Below, one piece after another: positions 38,487 to 52,000 of a DNA stretch of 64,000 nt. Every line of letters begins with the position of its first letter. The stretch's first letter is position 1. The stretch is from Pavona decussata (taxonomy: Eukaryota): positions 1,240,001 to 1,304,000 of the forward strand of contig CDRNST010000310.1 of the NCBI GenBank assembly GCA_977016875.1. Reading direction: 5' to 3'. Made by a program: the position numbers and the translations under genes. The notes beneath the pieces are model-generated. The model had not been told where the DNA came from, ran no database searches, and saw nothing but the letters and a program-made list of their open reading frames with translations.

Positions 38487-38707
38487 TCTCTTGAAAGTTC
38501 GTCTTAAATTAAAGTGCCACAGATCGATACAGATGAACCGATTTGAATTTCCAGTAAGGATAACGGAATGAAACATAAATAACCGATTTCAACAAACGTC
38601 TAAAACCTCACAACTGATGGAACGGCTGTTAGTCTTAAAGTTTAGCACAAATTTTAAATCCGCTAAGCTTGCACATTCCGTGGATAAGGAAGTTGATGGA
38701 CATTTTT

Positions 38708-38822
38708 AGTTGGTAGAGCACTACACCGGTATTACAGAGGTTATGGGTTTGCATCCCGTTCAATCCTGAATTTTTTCAGGCTTTCTTTTCGCAACTACTT
38801 ACGTTGCGTACAAAACTGCGAT
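38708..38822 (+). mobile_element. tRNA-derived SINE fragment, unit A4
   Basis: Degenerate copy at the homologous position. Confidence 0.65.
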
Positions 38823-41369
38823 AGTCATTCACTTATTTATGTTTAGTTTTGTTTAGTAATTCTTGCTTTAAGAACCCAGAACATTGTACAAATAACCCAG
38901 ATGCCATCGAAAAAGACAAAAGATACTACTTTCGTGCGGGTTGACACGGTTTTCTTTTCCATTGCTTTTATATCATGCAGGATTTCATTCAACTAATATT
39001 CCTGATTTCCATGTGGTAAAGGTTTTAACTTTCTTAAAACCAATATTTAAGTTTAAGACCTGTATTTGGTGATGCAACAGTGTAAATAGTCAGTGTGATT
39101 TCATGATTCAAGACACTTTTATAATTGCATTAAAAAGTACCGAGCTCAGTACAAGATGCAAAAAATATTTTTGTTTCAACCCAGTCCTTAACGATATTCA
39201 GCAAGTCATTGATCAAAAGCTTAGTCAATAATTTAGTGCTCAATGTGATTTCTACTGAGTTGTTCTTTACCCAGCAGGGAATTTCCTTTGTATATCTCTG
39301 CATGCCGTCTTTATGATCGTGTCTTGCGACGACGGAACGGTCAACTGAGCTTCCGGCCCAAATACACGTGCGGGAATACGCGACTAAGTACCGAGTTTGC
39401 TGCCAACCGTCTCTAAGCCCATTTATTTTGCTGATAATTATTGTAATTATTATACTGCTGTAAGCGTCTTCCTTGCCCTTAGCATCTCAGGTTAGTTTTC
39501 ACATTGTATCAGTAGTTTTAAGCATAGCTTTGAGGTATAACTAAAGCAAGATGCTGTGCCTTTTCTTTAGGGAATATTAACATCTAAAGTTCTTGATTTG
39601 TGTTGCAACAAAACTGCAAATCTATAGTAAAAAGATATATTCCAAGAACGTTTCTTTGTGGCATTGTCGTATTGTAGGGCAAACGGAGCCGGCTTAGTAA
39701 AGTTTTGTGACATTGTTTTAGAGAGAAGCACTGAAACAACCTACTGTTGTTTTGGTCAATGTGTTTACTAAAAGTGTAATTCAAGGTGATGTAGCTTTCC
39801 CTGCAGTAGTGGCTTGTGCTTGTCCTTTCGTTTTAGGACTGAAGAACATTTTGTTTTAAGTTTTAATAAGTTTATTGCTTCAATCACATCATTCAATTTA
39901 CAGTTAATATTCTAGTACCACACGTGATGAGGGTGGCTACAGAATAGCCCTACAAGAGTAGCAGAGAATTCTTGAAATTATAGATATCTTCAGAAATTGG
40001 AAATTGGGTTAACTGCAACACATATACAACTAATAGTTGTATATGTAATAACTTTTTTGGATTGTTGTTCCTGCACCTTTTCCGTAGAAATATATTAACA
40101 CCGGCTGAACCCAAACTGAGGCTAGAACTTCATAGTTAAGTATAATATATTTTCATTTGAGGGTTGTGCTTAGTGCTCAATGTGATTTCTTCGGAGTTGT
40201 TCTTTATCAACTGAAGCAGAGAATTTTCTTTGTGCATCTCTGCATGCTGCCTTAATGACCGTGTCTTGCGACGATCAAGCCTTGCTTCCGGCTCAACAAA
40301 CATGCGGTTATACTGATAGTTCAAAGTTTGGCCGGCACACATGCCGGCATACACGACTTACTAGTTAGTTTGTTGCCAACCGTCTCTAAGCCCACGTATT
40401 TCCAGTTGCTGATAATTATTATAATTAGGAAACGGAACCTTATCTCCCAAATTTACAAGCTGAAGTCAAAACTTCAACGCTGAATAGAAATCCGTTTTAG
40501 TTTTTTTGTTTTTTCATTCAGTGCACGGAAGTCTTGATAACTTTTTAGTTCACACAAGAGATTTTTTTATTGAATCACCACTGAAGTCAATATCAAATAT
40601 GCAGGATAAAACAAACACCATCAAGAGATAAAAAACAAAAACAAATTAAAGAAGGTGGAGGGTGTGGCAGGGAGTAGTAATAGGACGGATTCCAAGATGA
40701 CAGCTGCTCCCTATAACTAAGAAAGAGAAGAAAAAAACTTTAGTCTAAAATAATAAGATAATGAGATTCAAGGAAGCGTAATAAAAAAAAAAATATAAAG
40801 GATAAAGAAGTTATTCAGGCCTGTTTGTAAGAAGAGAGTTTACTAATGTAAAACTGATCAGCTTGGATTTTAAAGAATTCTCAGTCGAATTACAGCTTTT
40901 ACAGTCCTGGGGCAGATTGTTCCAAAGCTAAGCTTAAAAGCTCTCGGGAAATAAGAAAAGCTAAAGTAGTTTTGCCGCTGCGTGAAAGATGTGAGAAGAT
41001 TCGTATGAGTAATGCAAACAATGCAATCTCCTAATGTTTTTTTTTTTCTTTTACATGGATATATATCTTCAGTTGTATCTTCCCATTAGATCTCCACGAA
41101 ATGATTTCTTGTGAGTCAACCCTTACCTTACGTTATTTGGTTTATGTCTGATTGCAAATTACTCGTCTTGGTGATTACTAGTTTCCAATAAGCCTTCAAC
41201 AACCGTGTTAGTCAGTGGCCATTTACCGGGATTGCTGCAATGATTGACACTTTAATTTGTCCAAGGTTTGTTAGGGAAGTCGATTGTTCAATGGCTGTAG
41301 TTGAAACACTAATAAGTCGCTGTGGCAGTTGCAGTAGTAAGACAGTAATTTTGGATGAATGCTGAAGGA

Positions 41370-41730
41370 TGAATGCTGAATTTTAACAAGTAGCCAAGTG
41401 CATAATTATGGCACCAGAACAGCCAACCACTATCGATCGCATTCTTGTCGCACAAATCTTAAGCAATTTACAGTCCTTTACCAAGGTCCCAAAATCTGGA
41501 ACTCTCTCCCAATATCAATCACTTCTTCATCCAGTTTTCTCACCTTTAAGGAAAGAATGTTGCAGTTTTTATCTATAAATCATAAATTGACCAAGCCGCA
41601 CTTACGCAGCACCATATTTTCTATTTATTAATGACAGCCGAGGTGGCCTCTCTTATAAGCCTAGTGGTTTCTTGAGGTCTCGCCATTATTGTAAATTGAA
41701 TGACTTCTTTTGTTTTTAGTATGGAAATGA

Positions 41731-41781
<51 letters not shown>
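41370..41781 (+). mobile_element. Same LINE 3' fragment with (GAT)n tail
   Basis: ORF 41398..41631 followed by (GAT)n. Confidence 0.8.
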
Positions 41782-44700
41782 GTCTATAGTTATCTGTGGT
41801 GGTTATGGTGGTGGAAGGTCCTGGTAGATACACCTGCAATTACAAGTCAACTAACTACAAAGATCCACAAACACTAATCCCCATGATTTGGTCAACATGA
41901 ATCTAGAATTTTCCTGAACATTTGCCAATGCTTAGATTTACAATTAGTTGAAAACCACATGCATCCCCATCATGCGAAGGTAACGGACTAAGAAGATGTA
42001 GGGCACTTTTTGTTGGAGTGGATCTGGTTCTTATTCTCTCGGTAGTGCTCAGGGGCCGAACGTTCAGTGTTGTCATGGCAGCAGTGGTTAAAAAACTTGG
42101 GGTGTGGGTGGACCAGCGTTGCTGTCTGTTTGGAATAATGACTGTCTCTTGAGACAGTTCATCCAATACTTTGTTAGATGAAAATTGTTTAAGTTTTCAC
42201 CAGCCAGATTAATCTGTCAATCTTTCAGTTGGTGATATATACACGAATAATTCTCCACTTCATTTTCAATCTCAATGTGTTACTGTCACCATAGCTATGA
42301 TTAAGGTACTTCAGGTAAATCTGAGCTACCGGCGAATCTCTGGGTAAGGTAAGGAGATCCAGATCCCCCTTTTCAAATCTGAACTTATCTACTTTGTCAT
42401 CAACTTTGTAATGAAGTGTGTTCATACTAAAGAGGGAAAACGAGTGAATCCAGGTTTTAAAATTTGCTAAGACTAAGCAACAATTCCTTATTTCTGAGAC
42501 TCAAGTTAGATGAATACATGGATAGATAAACGCAGGATAGGACTTGCCTTCTATATAAAATTTTATTATATTGTTGACATTGATGTTGACCAACATTGTA
42601 CAATTTATATCAGAAGACACAAGAAAAAAATGTTCCAAACATTTCTTGGAAGTGAGTTTCAACCTTCCATACATTGCTAGATAAAGGTTATGGTGTACAG
42701 AAATTGTGTATGACGTTCCATGCAATAGACACATTTCCCTTGGCATCTACTGTTTTAAAGGTGATTTTTTACCCCTGCAATCAAAACTTTTGTGGATCCA
42801 CTCTTAATCTCAGGTATTTTTGTTATTTTTGTTTTGATTGTCACTAGTGGTGGACCTGTTGGTGAAAACTGGTGATGGTGGTACCCAGGTGGTATTCGGT
42901 AGTCTTTTTTCATTGTCAGTATGAAAGTGGATTTTATTGTTGTGTTCGCATTGATATTGTATGTGCTATAACGGTTGTACATATCATAGACTTCGAGCTT
43001 CTGTCGTGGCTATGGCAGTATTGATTGAAGTCCCAGTTAGATGCTTTTGTAGTGTTAGATATGATTTACTTTGTAAAAATCGTACCTAGTAATAGTTGAA
43101 CGGTGCTTACTATTTTGCCTGTTCATTGGCAGTAATTGGGTACTTGGTAAGTAAAAGTTGTCTAAGTTGTGTAATGGTCATTGTAATTGTCTGAGTAGTA
43201 GAGGTACTTGTCCAAGTTGCAGTTTGTAGGGTTTTTTGCAGGTAATTGTCAGTTCTGGTTGAGAGCTGTTGATGTGTTTCTGATTTTCATTGGTGGTTGC
43301 TGTGATAGTTGCTTGTAGTGGAAAATATGTATGATGAAAAAGTTGTAGTAAGGTAGTCATACTTGTGATGGCAGCCCACCATTACATAGAGTGCCAGTCA
43401 TATGATGTCAGTAGCCATGATCCATGATGATTGTGTTAATCATACTTTTTCCTGGCAGTGATTGAGGTTTCATTAGAGGATGTGTTAATGGTAAATTGAT
43501 TGAAGCAAGACTCTAACAATTGTGTCAAAAGGTTCTTGCCATGACATGGGTTTTATTATTGTCATAATGGCTGAAGATGACACAGTGGTGGTATTAGAGA
43601 CTAAGGTGATATTAGCGGTTGTAGTAGTGTTTGCTGCTGTTCTGACACTAGTGATTCCAGTACAGTGGTAGACATAATTGTTATATCAGTCACTAATGCT
43701 TGTGATGTGATTATAATAAATGGTAATTGTACACGTGGTAGTGGTAGTGATGCATGTTGGTCGTGGTACTTGACTAGAGTTACTGGCGTCAAGTTTAATA
43801 TGACAGTAGTCGCAGTTGTATTAAGTCGGTAATGATGGAGTTGTGATGGGTGCGGTTGTAGCTGTCATAGTAGTAGTTGTAGTTGTGGTATATGTACTTG
43901 CTGTAGCAATCGGGGTGGCTTTGATGGTGGTAGAAGGTCTGTGTTCCAGATTATCGACCGTTTATCAAGCACGAAAAAAGGCCGGCACAGATCAAGCAAT
44001 TTCGGTATACTTATTGCATCAATGGCACTGGATGTAGTTGTGCGTAAAATAAGGTAACATGTGTTGTCGTTACACGACACCACAAGCTCTTGCATTTACA
44101 AGCCAGTGAGTGGAGTTGCATGAGTCACTATAAGACAGGAGTGTTATATACAAAGTTATAACAAGGTGAAATATTGAAGGGCGAAGGTAGCCGGCACAGT
44201 AGAAAATGTCAAGCAGCATTTAATAGCAAATTGCGTCAAGTTAAAACTTAGGTTCATTGAGCCCTTGCAGTCAGTGCTTGAAGGTTAGTCTAGTCTCTGA
44301 CAAGAAGGGAGCTGTTCGATAACTGAACGCAGTGAGTCTATGAAAGAGGTGCTTTTGGGGTATTAGGAGGGAGTCTAGGTTGCAGAGGTACTTGACTTGT
44401 GTCAGTTTAGAATAGTCGAAGGATGTGTTACCCAACCGGCGAAAACCTGATCTTTGTATCGAAAACATTAATGTTTGAGTGTGGGCCTGGGTGATGTGAG
44501 AGTTATCTGTTGAGTGGAGGTCTGCGTGCTGACAATGTAGGAAGGAGTTAACGATATTAATGACTCGGTGAGTTGCTGGAGTCAGTCGACGGCCGGAGTG
44601 CGGAACCTTCGTCAGTGTACGCTTCAACATGGCAACAATAAACGTGAGCCCACTTAACCGATATAAATTAATTCTAAACATTTTAATAGTTTGTTTTGTT

Positions 44701-45014
44701 TAGACTACAGATGAAGTGAGTTGTGGTGGTAGAATGAATTGAAGAAAGCTTTCTTGCCTAAAGGAAACCAGCTATTGAGCTACCAAATTTCAAACAGTTG
44801 GGGGCGCTCGCTAGTTGACCACCTGCACTTCGGTCAATTTATAAATTGCAGTCAGACAGGCATTCAACTTTATGTAAATAAAAACAAAAAGAAAAGAGGA
44901 TGTATGTCGCTCACCTTCGAAAACTAAATTGTTTTATTTACTAGTTTTATTACAGAATGAGCTATCGTTTAAAGTTGATGGTGCATGTTAAGTTTTTCTT
45001 TAGAAGACAACTGT

Positions 45015-45599
45015 TCACTGAGAAATTTCAAGGCACTGAACATGATAGTTCCTTCCAAAGTTATTGTCCCAAAACTCGTATCCACCGACACGGTAGCGAA
45101 TTGCAAATTCAATTTGCAGATCAACTTCAAAATCCACCGGAGCTTTAATTCGAAAGCTAAATTGTTCCGTTTTTCCATCCAGATTTGAGGACAAATAATC
45201 CGCCCAAACATCTCGGAAGTTGATCCAGCCGTCAAGCGTATATCTCACTGTCACCTCTTTAGCATAACCTATGTTTGTCACTCGTATAACCCCCGTAACA
45301 ACCATATCGTCGCAAGAGATACTTTCGAGACAAACGAACTGGTTAAAGACGCGCTCCATGAAAGAATCTGTTTTACATGGCTCAGCGAAACTTGGCGACA
45401 GGTATTTCATTCTCTGTCGTGAAGCGTGCATGTGTAAGCCGTTGTTGTCCGTGGCTGTATAACAGACAGTCACCTCATTTTCTTTGCTGTATGGAGGTAT
45501 AGTTTTCACGTTCTCAAGGGCGAAACCAAAGCTGTCTGCAAAAGAAACCTTCTTCTTTATCGACCTCGATGGAGTAGAGTTTTCGCTTGACCCATTCAT
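45015..45599 (-). CDS. PPP1R3: PPP1R3-family subunit, array copy A5, intact, 194 aa
   Basis: KKKVSFAD plus complete CBM21; shares the 2-aa linker deletion (DNNGLH) with A4. Confidence 0.92.
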   Translation of the reverse strand: MNGSSENSTPSRSIKKKVSFADSFGFALENVKTIPPYSKENEVTVCYTATDNNGLHMHASRQRMKYLSPSFAEPCKTDSFMERVFNQFVCLESISCDDMVVTGVIRVTNIGYAKEVTVRYTLDGWINFRDVWADYLSSNLDGKTEQFSFRIKAPVDFEVDLQIEFAIRYRVGGYEFWDNNFGRNYHVQCLEISQ

Positions 45600-45692
45600 A
45601 AGCTTTCTTACTTGAGGTAATCGCTTTAGTCACGAATTCGGGTGGCCGGCCGCAAAGTACAAACCCGACATACGGATGAATGTAATTTGCGC

Positions 45693-45727
45693 TTTTATAA
45701 TTGCCACTTCGGAATCTTGTGACGTCA
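45693..45727 (-). promoter_or_regulatory. CRE+TATA of A5
   Basis: TGACGTCA 45720-45727; TATAAAA 45693-45699. Confidence 0.7.
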
Positions 45728-45948
45728 TCTCTTGAAAGTTCGTCTTAAATTAAAGTGCTACAGATCGATACAGATGAACCGATTTGAATTTCCGGTAGGG
45801 ATAACGGAGTGAAACGTAAGTAACCGATTTCAAGAAACGTCTAAAACCTCACAACTGATGGAATGGCTGTCAGTCTTAAAGTTTGGCACAGATTTTAAAT
45901 CCGCTAAGCTTGCACATTCCGTGGATAAGGAACTTGATGAACTTTTTT

Positions 45949-46062
45949 AGTTGGTAGAGCACTACACCGGTATTGTAGAGGTTATGGGTTTGAATCCTGT
46001 TCAAGCCCGAGTATTTTCAGCCGTTCTTATCGCAACTACTTAAGTTGCGTACAGAACTGCGA
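45949..46062 (+). mobile_element. tRNA-derived SINE fragment, unit A5
   Basis: Degenerate copy at the homologous position. Confidence 0.65.
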
Positions 46063-48614
46063 TAGTCATTCACTTATTTATGTTCAATGTTGTTTAGTAA
46101 TTTTTGTTTTAACCCAGAACATTGTACAAATAACCCAGATGCCATCGAAAAAGACAAAAGATACTTTCGTGCGGGTTGACACGGTTTTCTTTTCCATTGC
46201 TTTTATATCATGTAGGATTTCATTCAACTAGTTTTCCTGATTTCTATGTGGTAAAGGTTTTAACCTTCTTAAAACCAATATTTTAGTTTAAGACCTGTAT
46301 TGGTGATGCAACAGTGTAAATAGTCAGTGTGATTTCATGACTCAAGACACTTTTATAATTGCACTAAAAAGTACCGAGCTCAGTACAAGATGCAAAAAAC
46401 ATTTTTGTTTCAACCCACTCCTTAACAATATTCAGCCAGTCATTGATCAAAAGCTTAGTCAGTAATTTAGTGCTCAATGTGATTTCTACTGAGTTGTTCT
46501 TTACCCAGCAGGGAATTTCCTTTGTATATCTCTGCATGCCGTCTTTATGATCGTGTCTTGCGTCTACTGTGTTTCAAGCCCAGCCAGCATGTCTTACTGA
46601 TACACGTGCGGGCATACACGACTAAGTACTGAGTTTGCTGCCAACCAGCTCTAAGCCCATTTATTTTGCTTATAATTATTGTAATTATTATACTGCTGTA
46701 AGCGTCTTCCTTGCTCTAAGCATCTTAGGTTAGTTTTCACATTGTATCAGTAGTTTTAAGCATAGCCTTGAGGTATAACTAAAGCAAGATGCTGTGCCTT
46801 TTCTTTAGGGAATATTAACATCTAGGGTTCTTGATTTGTGTTGCAACAAAACAGCAAATCTATAGTAAAAAGATATATTCCAAGAACGTTTCTTTGTGGC
46901 ATTGTCGTATTGTAGGGCAAACGGAGACTTAGTAAAGTTTTGTGACATTGTTTTAGAGAGAAGCACTGAAACAACCTACTGTTGTTTTGGTCAATGTTTT
47001 TACTAAAACTGTAATTCAAGGTGATGTAGCTTTCCCTGCAGTAGTGGCTTGTGCTTGTCCTTTCGTTTTAGGACTGAAGAACATTTTGTTTTAAGGATTT
47101 AATAAGTTTATTGCTTCAATCACATCATTCAATTTACAGTTAATATTCTAGTACCACACGTGATGAGGGTGGCTACAGAATAACCCTACAAGAGTAGCAG
47201 AGAATTCTTGAAATTATAGATCTCTTCAGAAATTGGAAATTGGGTCAACTGCAACACATATACAACTAATAGTTGTATATGTAATAACTTTTTTGGATTG
47301 TTGTTCCTGCACCTTTTCCGTAGAAATATATTAACACCGGCTGAACCCAAACTGAGGCTAGAACTTCATAGTTAAGTTTAATATATTTTCATTTGAGGGT
47401 TGTGCTTAGTGCTCAATGTGATTTCTTCGGAGTTGTTCTCTACCAACTGAAGCAGAGAATTTTCTTTGTGCATCTCTGCATGCTGCCTTAATGACCGTGT
47501 CTTGCGACGATCAAGCCTTGCTTCCGGCTCAACAAACATGCGGTTATACTGATAGTTCAAAGTTTGGCCGGCACACATGCCGGCATACACGACTTACTAG
47601 TTAGTTTGTTGCCAACCGTCTCTAAGCCCACGTATTTTCAGTTGCTGATAATTATTATAATTAGGAAACGGAACCTTATCTCCCAAATTTACAAGCTGAA
47701 GTCAAAACTTCAACGCTGAATAGAAATCCGTTTTAGTTTTTTGTTTTTTCATTCAGTGCACGGAAGTCTTGATAACTTTTTAGTTCACATAAGAGATTTT
47801 TTTATTGAATCACCACAGAAGTCAATATCAAATATGCAGGATAAAACAAACACCATCAAGAGATAAAAAACAAAAACAAATTAAAGAAGGTGGAGGGTGT
47901 GGTAGGGAGTAGTAATAGGACGGATTCCAAGATGACAGCTGCTCCCTATAACTAAGAAAGAGAAGAAAAAGAACTTTAGTCTAAAATAATAAGATAATGA
48001 GATTCAAGGAAGCGTAATAATAAAAAAAATATAAAGGATAAAGAAGTTATTCAGGCCTGTTTGTAAGAAGAGAGTTTACTAATGTAAAACTGATCAGCTT
48101 GGATTTTAAAGAATTCTCAGTCGAATTACAGCTTTTACAGTCCTGGGGCAGATTGTTCCAAAGCTAAGCTTAAAAGCTCTCGAGAGAATAAGAAACGCTA
48201 AAGTAGTTTTGCCGGTGCGTGAAAGATGTGAGAAGATTCGTATGAGTAATGTAAACAATGCAATCTCCTAATGTTTTTTTTTTTCTTTTACATGGATATA
48301 TATCTTTAGTTGTATCTTCCCATTAGATCTCCACGAAATGATTTCTTGTGAGTCAACCCTTACTTTGAGTTAATTGCTTTATGTCTGATTGCAAATTACT
48401 CGTCATGGTGATTACTAGTTTCCAATAAGCCTTCAACAACCGTGTTAGTCAGTGGTCATTTACCGGGATTGCTGCATGCAATGATTGATACTTTAATTTC
48501 TCCAAGGTTTGTTAGGGAAATCGATTGTTCAGTGGCTGTAGTTGAAGCACCGATAAATAGCTAAGGCAGTTGCAGTAGTAAGACAGTCATAATATTGGAT
48601 GAATGCTGAAGGAT

Positions 48615-48990
48615 GGATGCTGAATTTTAACAAGTAGCCAAGTGCATAATTATGGCACCAGAACAGCCAACCACTATCGATCGCATTCTTGTCGCACAAA
48701 TATTAAGCAATTTACAGTCCTTTACCAAGGTCCCAAAATCTGGAACTCTCTCCCAATATCAATCACTTCTTCATCCAGTTTTCTCACCTTTAAGGAAAGA
48801 ATGTTGCAGTTTTTATCTATAAAATCATGAATTGACCAAGCCGCACTTACTCAGCACCATATTTTCTATTTATTATTGACAGCCGAGGTGGCCTCTCTTA
48901 TAAGCCTGGTGGTTTCTTGAGGTCTTGCCATTATTGTAAATTGAATGACTTCCATTGTTTTTAGTATGGAAATAGATGGTAATTATGATC

Positions 48991-49022
<32 letters not shown>
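48615..49022 (+). mobile_element. Same LINE 3' fragment with (GAT)n tail
   Basis: ORF 48642..48830 followed by (GAT)n. Confidence 0.8.
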
Positions 49023-52000
49023 AGTCTATAGTTATCTGTGGTGGTTGTGGTGGTGGAGGGTTCTGGTAGATAGGCCTGCAATTACAAGTCAACTAACTAC
49101 AAAGATCCACAAACACTAATCCCCATGATTTGGTCAACATGAAGCTAGAATTTTCCTAAACATTTGCCAATATTTAGAGATACAAGTAATTGAAACCACT
49201 TGCATCCACTTTATGCGAAGGGGACGGGACTGAGAAGATGTTGAGGCCCCTTTTTGTTAGAGTGGCTGTCTTATTCTCTCAGTAGTGCTCAGTAGCTGAA
49301 AGTTCAGTATTGTCATGGCAGCATCGGTTAAAAAACTTGGGGTGTAGGTGGACCAGCATTGTTGTTTGTTTGGAATAATGACTGTCTCTTGAGCCAATTC
49401 ATCCAACACTTTGTTAGATGAAAATGTTTAATTGTTTAGCCAGATAAATCTATCAATCTTACACTGAGTTGGTGATATATGCGCGAATGATTCTCCACTT
49501 TATTTTCAATCTCTATTTGCTACTCTGTCGTAACGAGTACCTTAACCATAGCTATTATATGATTTAGGTACTTCAATTAAATCTGAGCTACAGGCGAATC
49601 TCAGTGGGGGTAAGGTAAGGGGATCCAGTTCTCCCTTTTCAAATCTGAAATTAATTGCTTTGTCATCAAATAATCAAACGTGTTCATAGCAATTAGAGAA
49701 AACGAGCTAAGCAGGAAATTGAATCAGGTATTAAAATTTGCTGAGGCAAAGCGATAATTTCTTTCTTCTCAAACTCAAGTTAGATGAATGCGTGGATAGA
49801 TCAAGGAAGGATAAGACTTGCCTTTCATATAAATTTTATTGTATTATTGACATTGATGTTGACTAACATTGTATAGTTTTTATTAGAAGACGCAAGAAAA
49901 AATGTTTCAAAGATTTTTTGAAATGAGTTTCAACCTTGCATGCATTGCAAGATAAACGTAATGACGTACAGAAATTACTGAATTGTGTATGAAGTTCGAT
50001 GCAATAACGAGATACATTTTCCTTGGCATCTACTGTTTTAAAAGGTGATATTTGGACCCCTGCAATCAAAACTTTGTGGATCCACCCCTGATCTCAGGTT
50101 TGTTATTTTTTGTGATTGTCACTGGTGGTGGACTGGTGGCGATAACTGGTGGTTTGGTGGTACTCGGGTGGTATTCGGTACTAAACCTGGTCTTGCTTGT
50201 GTCAGTGGTGGTAGTCTCTTTTCATTGTCAGTATGAAAGTGGATTTCATTGTTGTGTTCGCATTGATTGCATGTCCTATAACGGTTGTGTTAGTATTGTA
50301 CTTTACACGTATCATAGCCTTCGAACTTCTGTCGTGGCTATGGTAGTACTGATTGGAAGTTTTAGGAAACGGAATCTTATCTGCCGAATTTACAAGCTGT
50401 TGTTGCGTTTTGACAAGAAGTCAAAACTTCAACGCTAAATATAAATCCGTTTTTGTTTTTTGTTTTTTCATTCAGTGCATGGTAGTCTTGATGACTTTCT
50501 AGTTCTCACAAGAGAATTTTTTATTGAATCGCCATAGAAGTTAATAAAATATGCGGGATAAAACAAAAACCATCAACAGATAAAAAACAAAAACAAATTA
50601 AAGAAGACGGAGGGTGTGGCAGGGAGTAGTAATAGGACGGATTCCCAGATGACAACTGCTCCTTATAACTAAGAAAGAGAAGAAAAAGAACTTTAGTCTA
50701 AAAGAAAAAGGATAATGAAAACCAAGGAAGCGTAATCATAAAAAAATTAAAGGATAAAGAAGTTATTCAGGTCTTTTTGTAAGAAGGGAGTTTACTAATG
50801 TAAAAACTGATGAGCTTGGATTTCAAAGAATCCTCAGTCGAATTACAGCTTTTACAGTCCTGGGGCAGATTGTACCAAAGCTAGGCTTAAAAGCTCTCAA
50901 AAGTAGTTTTGCCGGTGTGTGAAAGATGAGAGGAGATTCGTATGAGTAATGCAAACAATGCAATCCCCTAATGTTTTGGTTTTTTTTTACATGGATATAT
51001 TTCTTTAGTTGTATCCTCCCATTAAATCTCCACGAAATGATTTCTTGTAAGCCAACCTTTACTTTGAGTTAATTGGTTTATGTCTGTTTACAAATTACTC
51101 GTCTTGATGATTACTGAGTTTCCAATAAGCCGTCAACAACCGTGTTAGTCAGTGGTCATCTACCGGGATTGCTGCAATGTTTGATACTTTAATCTGCCCA
51201 AGGTTTGTCCAATTGTTCAATGGCTGTAGTTGAAACACTGATAAACAGCTAAGGCAGTTGCAGTAGTGAGACAGTAATATTGGATGAATGCGGAGGGTGT
51301 ATAGTTATTTGTGGTGGTTGTGGTGGTGGAGGTTCTGGTAGATACGCCTGCAATTACAAGTCAACTAACTACAAAGATCCACAAGCACTGATCCCCATGA
51401 TTTGGTCAACATGAATCTAGAGTTTTACTGAACATTTGCCAATATACTTAGAGATACAATTAGTAGAAACCACATGCATCCACATCATGCGAAGGTAAGG
51501 GACTGAGAAGATGTAGAGGCACTTTTTGTTAGAGTGGCTGTGGTTCTTGTTCTTTAAGTAGTGCTCAGGGGGTGCGGAAAGTTCAGTGTTTTTATGGCAG
51601 CAGTGGTTAAAAACTTGTGGTGTCAATGGACCAGCGTTGTTGTTTGTTTGGAATAATGACTGTCTTTTGAGCCAGTTCATCCAACACTTTGTTAGTTAAA
51701 AATTGTTTAAGTTCTTACCAGCCAGATTAATCTCTCAATCTTTCAGTTGGTGATGTATACACGAATAATTCTCCATTTCATTTTCAATTTCAATGTGTTA
51801 CTGTCACCATAGCTATGATTAAGGTACGTCAATTAAATCTGAGCTACCGGCGAATCTCTGGGTAAGGTAAGGAGATCCAGATCCCCCTTTTCAAATCTGA
51901 AATCATCTACTTTGTCGTCAACTTTGTAATCAAGTGTGTTCATACTAAAGAGGGAAAACGAGTGAATCCAGGTTTTAAAATTTACTAAGACTAAGCAACA